The translations under genes and the position numbers were made by a program. A stretch of 62,417 nucleotides of DNA, the filler included, from Pirum gemmata (taxonomy: Eukaryota): assembly GCA_002812295.1 (NCBI GenBank). It is 8 parts of 8 records of this genome, joined end to end, with 100 filler letters (N's around TTAATTAATTAA, not from the genome) between each part and the next. Parts side by side here need not be neighbours in the genome. Positions count along the whole stretch, not along the records: positions 31,677 to 39,422 come from PDIN01000123.1; positions 39,523 to 46,992 come from PDIN01000124.1; positions 47,093 to 54,728 come from PDIN01000125.1; 5 more parts are not named here. One strand, given 5' to 3'. How positions within the stretch are numbered: position 1 is the stretch's first letter; every line of letters starts with the position of its first letter. The notes under the pieces were generated by a model. The model saw nothing but the letters and a program-made list of their open reading frames with translations. It searched no databases and had not been told where the DNA came from. Below, one piece after another: positions 37,401 through 50,248 of the stretch.

Positions 37401-38185
37401 TATTATATATATCATAATTATCATAGTTGTCACTTTAAGTTTCAACTCTTCTAGATTTTTCATTTTTCAGCTCTATTTTCTGATTTTTCGCTTCCTTGAG
37501 AGTTTATTTTTCTTTTTATGGTGGGTCTGGCCTATAGACTCTATCATATTATTCATATTTAAAATATGATAGAGATGATTATCACGATAACTACCTAACT
37601 ACTATCATAGCTAGCTAGCTAGTAGACCTTTAAAAAAATAGTATAATATCATAATGACAATGTAACTCTCTAGCTAGTAGACTATTAAACTAGACTACTA
37701 TTTTTTTATCCTGGCTGCTATGATGGCTAGACTAGCTAGCTAGACTACTATGAGGGTGGTACTACTAGAGTACTACTAGCTAGTATCCTGATACTGACTA
37801 TCAGATACTATAGCTAATCTACTAATAACTATCATATATATAGCTATCATAGTTCTAGTATCATAGTTGTAGCTAATAGCATGAGGAGTTTTGAACTAGT
37901 TTTGATATTACTATTATTACTACTATAGCTACTTCTGGTATCATATAGTACTATTACTATTACTATTACTATTACTATTACTATCACTATTACTATCACT
38001 ATTACTATTGTTATTATCATTACTATTAATATTGCTGTATTACTATTACTATTACTATCACATCATTATGGATATATTTAAACATAAACACATCGAAATA
38101 TATCGATGACGTATTACATTTTAAATCAATAAGAGTAGACAAAGAGGAGAAAAGAGCAGTAGGACCCCTAAGCTAGGACCCCTAA

Positions 38186-38390
38186 GCTTTTCTAAAACCT
38201 AAATCTTAACTAGCCAAATTATTTTTAAAATCTAGCCATTGGTTTATAATAGAGTTTTCTTAATTAGACCATTTCTCAAAATTTGGTAGTACGTTTATTA
38301 AAATTGGATTATTTTGAATTTTTTGGATTTTTGAACTATTTTTGAGCTCATAGTACGGCGGATGTCGCCATTTTTATCCGGCTTGGCTGT
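38186..38390 (-). mobile_element. MITE family E
   Basis: ggcggatgtcgccatttttatccggcttggctgt terminus. Confidence 0.85.
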
Positions 38391-38539
38391 TAAAAAAAAA
38401 AAAAAAAAAAGTGCTCTAAATTATAATCAAGTCTAGCTAGAAATAGAAAAAAACTATGTATTCGGGTACTAGCTAGAGAGTACTAGAGCTCGGAGACAGT
38501 TCGGAGACTCGAGAGTATATTATTATAATAATATAATAA

Positions 38540-38756
38540 TATTGTCCTTTTCATTTATTTTGTCACTCTGAATATTTATTTGGTTGGTTATAATATTTAA
38601 GTTGACATTTTTAAATGAATAAATAGATAATATAATATNTAAATGAATAAATAGATAATATAATATGCCAAATTAAATGAAATGGATTTATATAGTATTA
38701 ATTTGGTACTCTTTATTGTATATTTTATGATGACAAAACAACTGAAAAGCACGATA
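38540..38756 (-). mobile_element. MITE family A, inverted partner of 35687-35875
   Basis: tattgtccttttca...tgaaaagcacgata. Confidence 0.9.
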
Positions 38757-39422
38757 ATAATTATATCGTGATAATCATCAGGGTATTCAGGTACAGTGAG
38801 GTACTAGCTCTAGGCCGGGGGTCTATCATACTAAGTTTGCGAAAAAAATTATCAGCAGCTAGCAGCTAGTATTCGAAATTTTTAGCTTTTCTAAAGAAAT
38901 CATAATATCATAATATTATAATATAGTTATAATATTATAAAATTTTAATAAAATCACACCACTACGAACGATAAGACAGTGATATTATTAAAGTAGCTAG
39001 CTAGTGATAAGACTTTTAAGTTTTTTAAAATAAGAAAATGATAACAGAGGAATGCAGAAAACCTTGGCAGAAAACACTCAGAAAATACTCAGAAAACCCT
39101 CAAAAAAGAGTCAAAAGAGTCAAAAAAGCTCAAAAAACAGCTAAAAAAAATTACAAATTGCAATTATTCTAAATAATAAAATTAATTTAGTAGTAAACTT
39201 TTAATTAGTATTATGATAATATAAACTAAAAACTTCGATCTGGTATTATAGAATATATGATAGATATAAATTACTTATAAATCAACCAGCAACTTTCTTT
39301 CATTATAATTAGTAAGAAATGTTTAATAAACACATGTGTACATCAACAACAAACATGAGGCCTCGAACATGTACTCAGTTCTCACCAAATAACATAATAT
39401 TGCTAATTATTATTATTATTAT

Positions 39423-39522
39423 NNNNNNNNNNNNNNNNNNNNNNNNNNNNNNNNNNNNNNNNNNNNTTAATTAATTAANNNNNNNNNNNNNNNNNNNNNN
39501 NNNNNNNNNNNNNNNNNNNNNN
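39423..39522. other. Artificial contig-joining spacer
   Basis: N44-TTAATTAATTAA-N44. Confidence 0.97.
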
Positions 39523-40446
39523 AAATTCACATTAATATCCCATAAATTTTATCATTTAATTAATACTCAGAACCATAATTTGTCGGCAATTTTCCACTAA
39601 CCCTACAATAATCCTAACACTAGTCCAAATTTAATGACATCAATAACTATTATAATATTATAATGATAATAGTAAATAATAAAGTAATATATGTATTATA
39701 TCAATTAAAATATAATTTTTATACCACATCTAAAATGGAAAATTTAATATCATAATAATATTATTATATACGTAATATTAATGTGAATTTAAAATTGACA
39801 AGGTTAATTAAAATATTATATATATAATAAAGGTTAAAAAAGTTTAATATTAGGGTTAGGTTTAGAGCTAGTGTAACTCAAAATACTAGTTCAAATTGAT
39901 CAATATCAATAATTGATATTATAACGGTAGCTATAGAACATAATGATATCGATAATAGTAAATAATAAAGTACATACGATAAATAATAAAATACCACGTG
40001 TAATAATATAGTACTAATTATAATTACAAATTAAATGATATCAATTATTGTAAGTAATTGTGCCATATGAATGTTAATCGTAAATAATAAAAAAAAGTGT
40101 AAGTTTTATTATTTGTCTTTATTTTTATTATTATAATATTAATTTGGTGATTTTTTAAGGTTACTTACTATACTGAGGCCTGAGTGTAAATTAAATAATA
40201 TTAATTAATATCACTATATGTAATTATGCCACGTTATTCGTAAATAATGAATATTAACAGACTAACTTTTATTATTATTTGTCTTTATTTATCATAATAT
40301 ATTATTACCTTTTTTTTTTTTTTGAAAAAAAGAATATCATTTTATTATTTTGTGGTTTTGCTGGTTAGGTGACTCGCACTGCTTTTTTAAAAAAAAAAAT
40401 AAAAAAAAAAGAATATCATATACATTATATTATTTTGTGGTTTTGC

Positions 40447-40630
40447 TATGGTGTGAACAATTTAAAAACTTCCAACTTTTGTGTTTTACTAGAATTTCAG
40501 TTTTCAGTCCTAAGTAATACAATACAATAGTTATTTAATAGGTTTGAAATTTTCAAACATAACGAAAAAAAGGAGGGGCTTTTATGATTAGTAAAAAAAA
40601 GTAGGACGTTTTTAGATTGTTTGCACCATT
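40447..40630 (-). mobile_element. MITE family I
   Basis: tatggtgtgaa...tttgcaccatt; reverse complement of 23059-23213. Confidence 0.7.
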
Positions 40631-41034
40631 AGTGAAGATGGGTAAACTACTGGTGTGTCATTGGTTTTTCTTCTACGGTTTTTCTTTCTTCCATAAGTGA
40701 AGATAGGTAAACTACTGGTGTTTCTTTGTTTTTCTTCTACGGTTTTTCTTTCTTCCATAAGTGAAGATGGGTAAACTACTGGTGTTTCTTTGGTTTTTCT
40801 TCTACGGTTTTTCTTTCTTCCATAAGTGAAGATGGGTAAACTACTGGTGTTTCTTTGGTTTTTCTTCTAGGGTTTTTCTTTCTTTTGGTTACAATTTGCA
40901 TATTGTATTCGCATTCATTCGTTGGGAGTTGAATGGGTAAGCTACTGATGTTTCATTGGTTTTTCTTCTAGGGTTTTTCTTTCTTTTGGTTACAATTTGC
41001 ATATTGTATTCGCATTCATTCGTTGGGAGTTGAA
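40631..41034 (+). repeat. Minisatellite: four ~65-bp units changing into two ~100-bp units
   Basis: agtgaagatgggtaaactactggtg...ggtttttctttcttccata repeated; ttggttacaatttgcatattgtattcgcattcattcgttgggagttgaa x2. Confidence 0.92.
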
Positions 41035-41168
41035 GCAAGGTTAGATTTTATTTTGATTGGTTGTTACGTGCTTATTTTTCTACACTTTCAAGACTTTCAC
41101 GACTGTTTCAGCCTTTCAGGCCAGATTTTCAGGCACTTCTGTATTGGGTATGTATGATTGGCTATATA

Positions 41169-41297
41169 TTAGAAGCGGCTGGCAAAAGGCTGGAAACCAC
41201 AAACTACAAAACTTTTTATTGGGTTATATATTCTAAGACGGTTAGAAACGGCTGACAAAAGGCTGGAAACCACAAACTACAAAACCTTTTATTGGTT
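41169..41297 (+). repeat. Tandem duplication of ~73 bp
   Basis: ggctg(g/a)caaaaggctggaaaccacaaactacaaaac x2. Confidence 0.9.
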
Positions 41298-41737
41298 AAA
41301 TCATCATCTACTGGGCCAGTACTGGCTGCTACAACAGAAAACAATCAACACAGCTGACCCAGCGGTCTATCATATTATGATATTATGATACTATGGAGAA
41401 TCGGAGATAGCTAGCTAGTAGCTAGCTAGTAGGAGACCCCGTCTAGCTACTAGCTAGTCTACTAAGACTCTACTTTGGCTAAACTATGATATTATTCTAC
41501 TTCCCTGAATCCTTCTGCAAATTTGCTACTTGAATGGTAATAATAGTTTTGAATTGGAAAAAAATAACTATCATACATTATTAGAACCATTATATATGAT
41601 AATAAAGTTTATTATAAATGTATAGACTATATAATACTATATTATAATAGTGGTTGAATTGTCAACCATAATAAATTTTCCCTAGTTTTTCTTCAAATTG
41701 GTTTTGATCGTTATGATACATTGTATTGATTAAACTG

Positions 41738-41769
<32 letters not shown>

Positions 41770-42066
41770 AATAATTACAATGATGGTGAAACAGTCGAGT
41801 GAGCCAGATCGATATAATTATGTATCCACCGAAAATCAGATAGTAGTAGTAGGAGTACTAACTTACTACTAACTTCTAAGCTTAGTTGAAAATTGAAATT
41901 GAGAAGGAAAAAAAGTTTGATTTATGCCAATAGCATATAGGCTACAAAACGTTAGGTATTATCGAATCAAATTCTTGTATCGATCAGTGGTGCAGGACTG
42001 GCGCACTAGCTAGTAGCTAGCTAGTAGAATCTAGCTAGCTAGCTAGAAGGATTAGGTCCAATAAAA

Positions 42067-42220
42067 GGAAGCGTTTTTAAAAATAATACGTCACGTCAAG
42101 GGGTAGGTAGGTAGGTGGTATTTGACCGGAAATTAACGTCAAGGGGTAGGTAGGTAGGGGTATTTGAAGCTGTATTTGACCGGAAATTGGCGTTGCGTAG
42201 CATTTGAATTTTGAACGTTC
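42067..42220 (+). mobile_element. MITE family D
   Basis: aataatacgtcacgtcaaggggtaggtaggtaggtggtatttgaccggaaatt. Confidence 0.88.
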
Positions 42221-42777
42221 TAACTACAACGGACTAATCTGCTAGCTACTAGGAGGTTAATCTGGTCTAGATAGCTATATTTACTAATCACGAACCAATA
42301 GTCAATTTTTTTTTTAAAAATAATAATTTGGCTGGTTAGAACTAAAAAAAAGTAGTATCATAGAGCCAGTAGTCTAGAGCTAGTGTCATATTAATTTTAA
42401 AAAAAATATATATCTGATATTTTGTTTTCAACTATTAATACCGGGTAGTTGTTTTCAACATAATATATCATTAAAACACACCGATTAACCAACTCGAATG
42501 TCGCGGTTCTAGTCTCATAGGTGAGCGTCAAGGAGATGTAGATAACAATGGGTGAACTTCGTAAGACATACATAATAGAAAACATACCCAACAATCGAGC
42601 GTGTAAGAAGCTCTAGATCTAATCTCATGAATCATAGAGTCTTTTTTAAGGCGTTAAAAGGGAAAGTGAGGACCCACCCCAGGTTGGGTAGGATATATAT
42701 ATATGATTATTCAGTTTCCCTTTTTTTTATTCTTTTATGTACTTTTTCAATTAACAAGTGGAAATTCTACCCTATGA

Positions 42778-42920
42778 TACCAAATTAATACTATATAAAT
42801 CCATTGCATTTGATTTGGTATATTTTATTATCTATTTATTCATTTTTAAAAAGGTCAATTTAAATATCATAATTAACCAAATAAATATTCAGAGTAACAA
42901 AATAAATGAAAAGCACGATA
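42778..42920 (+). mobile_element. MITE family A, 5'-truncated
   Basis: taccaaattaatac...tgaaaagcacgata. Confidence 0.85.
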
Positions 42921-43014
42921 TGATTTAGTATATAAATGTGACTCCTAATAATAAATTAAATGATTAATAAATGCATATGTTAACACTCTGAAGGGTACAT
43001 TATATGTTACTTAG

Positions 43015-43123
43015 TATAGTGCTTTTCAGTTATTTTGTCGTCATAAAATATACAATAAATAGCACCAAATTAATACAATATAAATCCATTTAATTTAATT
43101 AGGTATATTTTATTATCTATTTA
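43015..43123 (+). mobile_element. MITE family A, cut by gap
   Basis: tatagtgcttttcagttattttgtcgtcataaaat. Confidence 0.85.
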
Positions 43124-43217
43124 NNNNNNNNNNNNNNNNNNNNNNNNNNNNNNNNNNNNNNNNNNNNNNNNNNNNNNNNNNNNNNNNNNNNNNNNNNNNN
43201 NNNNNNNNNNNNNNNNN

Positions 43218-43266
<49 letters not shown>

Positions 43267-44234
43267 ATTTTCACCAAAATATTTATTATTGGTGAAATAG
43301 TAAATTTATTTATTAAAACGTTGATTATTGGTAAATTCTTTTAGGCCGTTTCACCAGAAGTATTTATTATTGGTGAAGTAGTAAATTTATTTCAGAAAAA
43401 CTGTAAAACAACAAAATTATATTTTAGAATGACTCTTACTTGTTGGAGTAAATTTTAGCCACCGTTTATTTTATTCTTATTAGTTGGGTTTTAATTTTCA
43501 GTTTTTCCAAAAAAAAAAAGTGTTATGCTGGTTATGATGATTCGATTATGATCGATAATATATTTATAGCTATAGAATAAAGGAAATTATTTGAAATAGA
43601 AAATCGTTATAATTGAACCCATTCCAAGACAATTCATTTTAAATTTTGAATAAAAATACTATAATAATAACATAAAATAATAATACTTATTTACTACTAA
43701 TTCATTTATTTATAACATAATAATAACACAAAATAATAATAATTTAAATATAAAAAGATAATAATACTAGAATATACAATTGGAATAATTCGTTATAATA
43801 GTTTCATGATTTCAATAGTGGCGTAATATTGTGGAATTATATTTGATTTTTACAAAAATACTTTATTTAATCATGGGCCATTTTCATTTGCTCAAATTAT
43901 CCTTTCTTTTGATGTTTTTTGTATTTTTTAGATTTTTTTGTTCTTTTTTATTTTTCTTTTTTAATTTTTTTTTACTTTATTTTCCGATTTGTTTTCCTTA
44001 TTTTCCAGTCTAAGCCTCATCCGAAAATATTTCCAAAGAATATTAGACCAGTCTGTTTTTTTTTTTTTTTTTTTAAAAAATGATGTGATGTATCCTAAGA
44101 GTGTCATTTATGTAAATAAATAAATAAAAAGTGTTTGCAATAAATGAAAATACAATTATGAACATACAATAATGTTTTAACGTTATTTATTTATAAATTA
44201 TTATCAAAATGTTGTAGATGATAGTTAATAATAA

Positions 44235-44330
44235 ACTATATATATAGACGTTAAATTGATTATTTGCATTCTTAAATAGTATTTACTATTTAAGAATGCA
44301 AATAATCAATTTAACGTCTATATATATAGT
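44235..44330. repeat. Perfect palindrome, 47-bp arms, 2-nt loop
   Basis: actatatatatagacgttaaattgattatttgcattcttaaatagta-tt-its reverse complement. Confidence 0.97.
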
Positions 44331-44509
44331 GTTGTCCAGTTCAAAAACTGAAATAAACCAAATTATTATTAATTATATATATGATTAAACTATCAGACAT
44401 GTTTTAATAAATTTGATATTTCATAAACAAGTACTAGTTCAATTATACTCTTAAAAACAATACCACACATTAAAGATGGAGAGGGCAACTGTAATGAATG
44501 TAGACGATA
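44326..44509 (+). mobile_element. MITE family B lacking left TIR
   Basis: atagtgttgtccagttcaaaaactg...tagacgata. Confidence 0.85.
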
Positions 44510-44572
44510 TCTGATAGACTTTAGACTATGATATAAATGAGTTATAAATGTTAGAATAATATAATTTTTAAA

Positions 44573-44755
44573 AAGGGATCATTCATTATTAATAATTAAT
44601 GTCAACACTTTTTTTGAAAATATCCTTTTTCGAGATTTCTTTTTGAATGACTTAGATCGTAATGTGAAAGCCTGTAATTTTCATCTGATAGGGTCACCTG
44701 GGTCAGAAGTTTGGAAGGGGTCTCCAGTGTTTATGATGACGTCAATAATGAGCAT
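44573..44755 (+). mobile_element. Repeat family G (possibly Harbinger-like end)
   Basis: aagggatcattcatt...aatatcctttttcgagattt...gtgtttatgatgacgtcaataatga. Confidence 0.72.
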
Positions 44756-45083
44756 GGTAATATTATATGATAATATCGATATAGAGTCTTTATATAGTAT
44801 CGAATACTACAGTGATACGATACTATCAGTATAGACTAGACTACTATCTTTTTGGAATAATTTGTTTATGATACCTGTGCTATAATAATGTGTCCCACGT
44901 AGCCTATGATACTATCGATATGATAGCTATGATACTAGTAGTAGACTATCGGTAGACTCCAGTCTCCAGCAGCTATGATTATGATATCATAGACTAGTCT
45001 AGCTAGGACTAGCTAGTAGTATGATATGATATCTAGCCAGATGTATCTAGCTAGCTGGCTGGCTAGACTCTGCGACTTATCGA

Positions 45084-45314
45084 AGTAGGGGTGAGATATC
45101 TACTGGAACTTTTTTCGAACAGATGCTTATCGAGCCAACCTTAGTTCCATGTTCTTTACTAATAATAGCAGTTATATAGCTTAAAATAGTAAATTTAATT
45201 ATAGTAGATACCAATTAAAGTAATAATATTATCATTAATAGTAATAAAAACCATAAAATCGGAAAGTTCCGGCAGCAGTTCGGTAATAATGAAATGACGT
45301 CATCTCACCCCTAC
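45084..45314 (+). mobile_element. MITE family C with CTTATCGA flanking duplication
   Basis: cttatcga-agtaggggtgagat ... atctcacccctac-cttatcga. Confidence 0.92.
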
Positions 45315-45762
45315 CTTATCGATTGCTAATTTGCTACTGTTAGCTAGCTACTAGCTAGTCTAGCTAGCTAGGTAGCTAGCTAGCTGGTCAGGAGTAGCTA
45401 GCTACTAGTAGCTATCATAGCTCTAGCTAGTCTAGCTAGTAGCTGGAGCTCCCTCTACTCCTCCCCTCTACTAGCTAGCTGGAGTCACTGCCTGGTCTAA
45501 TAGAATAGTCTAAGTTTTTTGTTTTTTTATTATCAAGTTATATCAACCAGATCAACCCCCCCGATATTACTAGCTAGCCCGACAGACTATTAATTAAATT
45601 TTTTTATTTTACTCTATGTTCCTGTCTGATATGATGATAGACATTGATAGCCCTTTCATACATAGAGTCATAGAAAGAAGTCTATGATAAAAAAATGATT
45701 TCTACCAGGATTTCTAAAGGAAGAAAAAGAAAAGGTTCAAAAAAAAAAAAAAAGGCCCAGAG

Positions 45763-45981
45763 TAGGTTTTATAGTTGTAGTTTGTTGACTTGTTTCATAA
45801 TGCTTAAAAAAAAAAGTATAAGTTAATGATTTGATTGTCGTTCGGTTTTAACTTGTTGTACTTCTCCTAAAAATACAATAATATTATGTACTATGAAAGA
45901 ACTATGAAGTCTATGCTATGATTTAATAGCAATTATACTGTTCTTTTGTTGTAGAAATATTGACTTTTTACTTTGGTTCCT
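45763..45981 (+). mobile_element. Family F
   Basis: gttgtagtttgttgacttgtttcataat...ttcttttgttgtagaaatattg. Confidence 0.8.
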
Positions 45982-46488
45982 GTCGAGGCTATATCCTATA
46001 TGAGTAGTCTATGAGACCTGGTCACTGGTGTATTATTATGTTAGCTAGGGACTACTCCAGTAGGGAGCTTAAAAATTAAAACGCAGAGGAACTTCACGTC
46101 ACTCTGTCAATGAAGTCCATCCACACACATGTAGAAGTCAGTGATCGTAGGATTTTTAAAATTAATAAGAGCCATGGCCACCTACTATCATAGTTAAAAA
46201 AGACCAATATAAGCTATCGTCTATTATATTATGATATAAATATGATATACAAGTTTATATATCATACATCATTTTTTAAAAATGATGTCTATATATCTGC
46301 TATATCTGATTTATAATAATAATTACTATAGCTATTACTATCATTATTATAATAATATTTTAAAAATCATACTTTTATATTATCATCATACCTTGATAAA
46401 TCTGATGTATTTATAAATAAATACTATAAATAATGTTTTTTTTTTTTTCTAAATAAAATATCACCAATGAAAACATTTTCAATTAGAT

Positions 46489-46551
<63 letters not shown>

Positions 46552-46992
46552 AAAACCGAGCTTAAAATAGAATAATCAAACTAAATTTTAAATAGTAAAA
46601 GTATATATACTAGATCGACACTGAAAAAACATTTCAGCTATTCGAACGTAGAACAGCTGTTCGAACGTAGAACAGCTACCCATTTAATTTTTTCAAGAAA
46701 AAAGAAAATCTTGATGCCATATTTGGATTTGGCGAGATGGAACCTAGCTAGCTAGCTAGCTAGAGGGGCTTGAGCCTCGAGCTAGCTAGAGGGGGTTAGC
46801 TTAGCTATCGATAGCTAGCTAGCTAGCTAGTTACCTTGAGGTAGATTTTCCTAATAATTGACTCTGTTAATGCAAAATTGAGCCCAAAATTTTGCCACTC
46901 TTAAACACTTTTTTAAAATTAATAGATTATGTGAGGGTGGGAAATTTGTCATTTTTTTAGTTCCGCCTGAAAATTAGCTGTTTTGCTTTTTT

Positions 46993-47092
46993 NNNNNNNN
47001 NNNNNNNNNNNNNNNNNNNNNNNNNNNNNNNNNNNNTTAATTAATTAANNNNNNNNNNNNNNNNNNNNNNNNNNNNNNNNNNNNNNNNNNNN
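46993..47092. other. Artificial contig-joining spacer
   Basis: N44-TTAATTAATTAA-N44. Confidence 0.97.
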
Positions 47093-47704
47093 ATAATAAT
47101 AATAATAACAGTAATATCTACAACAACATAACAACGAACAACAGCAACATTTACGTAACAATTATATTATTCCAACACAGTACTAGTTAGTAAACATTTT
47201 AATTATTATAACAACATATATAATATTATTTGTACATTAAAATATCATATTATAATATATTAATATATATTTAAATTTATTTCAACATATTATGTACAAT
47301 ATAAAATAATATTAATATCGACATTAACAGTAACGTGTACAACAACAACGTTAATACTCTGAACACATGGGTAAAACGCATTTATATTAAAACAATAACA
47401 ACAACAACAACGGCAACCAAAAAATTGTGTACAGCAACATGTACACCACCACCAACAACAACAACAACAACAATTGCTTAAAATCGGCATTAATTAATAA
47501 AACGGAGTATTTTTTAACAGATTCTTCGCATAGCAATAATTATCAGTATAGTAAAAAGGACAGTAAAAGGACTTGTAGGCTCACGCTGCGTCACGCACCG
47601 CATAATTATTTCTGGCCAAATTCCGGCTGGGGGCTAAACAAAGTTCACCTAATAAAGCTGCAGCTAAAGCTGCCCACTATAAAATAGATATTATAGAAAT
47701 GATA

Positions 47705-47870
47705 TATCGTCCATTTCATTTATTATGTCAATCTGAATATTTATTTGGAGGGTTATAATCTTTAAATTGATATTTTTTAAATCAATATATAGATAATAAA
47801 ATATTCCAAATTAAATTAAATGGATGTATATTGTATTAATTTGGCACTATTTATTGCTTATTTTATAATA
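47705..47870 (-). mobile_element. MITE family A
   Basis: tatcgtccatttcatttattatgtca...ttaatttggcactattt. Confidence 0.8.
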
Positions 47871-48159
47871 TATCACTAATATCAGGATTTAGTACTATAT
47901 CAGTAATACTATATCATAATCAATTTATCTATTAAAAAATATATAAATAATTAGCGTTCTATATATCTATCCGCATATCGATAACTTACACTTTTTAATT
48001 TACTGATCAATCATTTGTAACAATTATCATAATATGATAATACGCTGCGTTATCATTAGCAGTCTATCATATTGTACTCTTTCTGTGGGTCCGTCAGTCA
48101 CCCCACCCCGTCTGTGTGGCAATGGAACCGAGGTTGGTGGCGTTTAAAATTAAACACTA

Positions 48160-48254
48160 CATAACTCCAATTTCTGGTCAAATACTGCTTCAAATGCCCC
48201 TACCTACCTACCCGTCGACGCTCCTTGACGTTAATTTCCGGTCAAATACCACCT
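48160..48254 (-). mobile_element. MITE family D, partial
   Basis: ccaatttctggtcaaatac...cctacctacc...ccggtcaaataccacct. Confidence 0.8.
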
Positions 48255-48275
48255 CACAAATCATATCATACATGT

Positions 48276-48487
48276 AGTAGGGGTGAGATGACGTCATTCT
48301 ATTATTACCGAACAGCTGCTGGAACTTTTCCGATTTTTATGGTTTTTATTACTATTAATATTAATATTATTACTTTAATTGGTAGCTTCTATTTTAAAAC
48401 TGCTATTATTAGTAAGGAACACAGAACTAAGGTTGGCTCGATAAGCATCTGTTCGAAAAAAGTTCCAGTAGATATCTCACCCCTACT
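48276..48487 (-). mobile_element. MITE family C with perfect 9-bp flanking duplication CATACATGT
   Basis: catacatgt (48267-48275) agtaggggtgagat ... atctcacccctact catacatgt (48488-48496). Confidence 0.93.
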
Positions 48488-49251
48488 CATACATGTACAG
48501 GAAGGGGTTGACTATGAGTCAAGAACTAAGATAGCTAGGTCAAGAGTCAGGACTCAGGAATAATATCATATCATTTTTTTTTATTTGCTATCCCGATAGG
48601 CTATAGCAGAGTTTATTTATATGATAAATAATATCGATAATGTTTATTTTATTTATTTATAGGGGGTATAACCGTATAGGCCACTTATAAATAAATAAAT
48701 AAACCACAATATAAATAATTATTATTCTAATTATAATTAATAAATTAGTCTATTATTCTATAGGTTTATTATTATTATTAGACTAATAATTTATCATATT
48801 ATGGCTATTATATCGAGCTATCATAGTCTCATAGTCATGAGCTATGATAGCTAGCCAGAGTCATAAGAACACCTTCGTTCAACTGTATATATATTGTAGT
48901 TCCTAGAAACCTAGTCCTAGAACCTACCTCTGCTATCTGATGATAGTCAAACATATCACTCATGCATCAAACAAACTAGTCAAGCAATTGCAAGTTTGCT
49001 TCGCAATTATTTATACTGATTGTTTATAAATGTTAGTCCTTGATATTATTAAAAATAATTATTATATTAGAACACAGGGGGGTCTATTGATATTTTTTAA
49101 AAATTTTATTTATTTACATCATATTATTATAAAAGATTATAAATCTACCCACGAAAACCACGAAAGCTACGAAAGACGAAACTTTCACCTAGAAACTTTC
49201 ACGAAAGTCCAAAACTTTGATTGAAAAAAGCACCCAAAAGAATCGATAGTC

Positions 49252-49404
49252 TAAATACCACGTAAGTGACGTAACGCCAATTTCTGGTCGAACCGTCGAA
49301 TACAGCTTCAAATACCCCTACCTACCTACCCCTTGGCGTTAACTTCCCGTCAAACACCACCTACCTACCTACCCCTTAACGTGACGTATTGTTTGAACGC
49401 TCCC
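49252..49404 (-). mobile_element. MITE family D
   Basis: Ends gtgacgtattgtttgaacgctccc. Confidence 0.88.
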
Positions 49405-49550
49405 TACTAGCTAGTAGTATCATAGCTAGTCACTACTAGCTAGCTAGCTATCATAGCTATCATAAGTTAGAAACACCAAACAAACAACAGTGGCTACAGC
49501 TAGCAGCACCTACAACTAGCTAGCTACTAGACAAACTAGACTGTTACTGC

Positions 49551-49673
49551 ACGCCAATTTCTGGTCAAATACAGCTTCAAATACCCCTACCTACCTACCC
49601 CTCGACGTTAATTTCCGTTCAAATACCACCTACCTACCTACCCCTTGACGTGACTTATTTTTTGAATGCTCCC
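49551..49673 (-). mobile_element. MITE family D
   Basis: acgccaatttctggtcaaatacagc...ttgaatgctccc. Confidence 0.88.
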
Positions 49674-50145
49674 TACTACTAGCTAGCTAGTCAGTGAAAA
49701 AACAGTGAAAAACCCCACCAGCCAGAAAACTCAGTCGGAAGTTCGACTCGGAACATTTTGAAAAACAACTAAAACGTTATCGATATCTTTTTTTTAGCCT
49801 ATCAAAACATCGATATCTATCCGATATTTTTCTACCATGGTTGCGAAGGGCTACTGACACTATACACCTAACTGCAGCACCTTGATAACAATGGGGCAAG
49901 TTATAATTTATAAACATATACCCGTCTATTATAATAATAATAAACTCTTACAAAAACTAAAACATACCTAATTATTTAAAATGTCTCCAATAAAAAATAA
50001 ATAGGTAGTTTTTAAAAAAATCTAGTGTGAGCACGACCACTAGCTAGCTACAGTAGCTAGTTGGTCTCAGCAGAAACTGCCTCAGAGTTCTAGTCTAGCT
50101 AGTAGCAGCTAGTAGGTTCTGGCTCAGAGTTGGCTTTTATTATAG

Positions 50146-50248
50146 TAGGGCTAGGGTTAGGGTTAGGGTTAGGGTTAGGGTTAGGGTTAGGGTTAGGGTT
50201 AGGGTTAGGGTAGGTCTAGGGTTAGGGTTAGGGTTAGGGTTAGGGTTA
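50146..50248 (+). repeat. Interstitial (TTAGGG)n
   Basis: Direct read, ~16 units. Confidence 0.95.

Noticed and set aside
40631..41034. CRISPR-like array
   Set aside because: Units are contiguous tandem repeats with no unique spacers, there are no cas genes, and the context is eukaryotic
35921..48145. Short GC-rich islands (35926-35971, 47577-47676, 48085-48142) as tRNA or ncRNA
   Set aside because: No cloverleaf, A/B boxes or recognisable RNA family by eye; an Infernal/Rfam scan would be needed
48225..48563. 112-aa ORF
   Set aside because: Runs across MITE D and MITE C sequence; not conserved as an ORF in other copies
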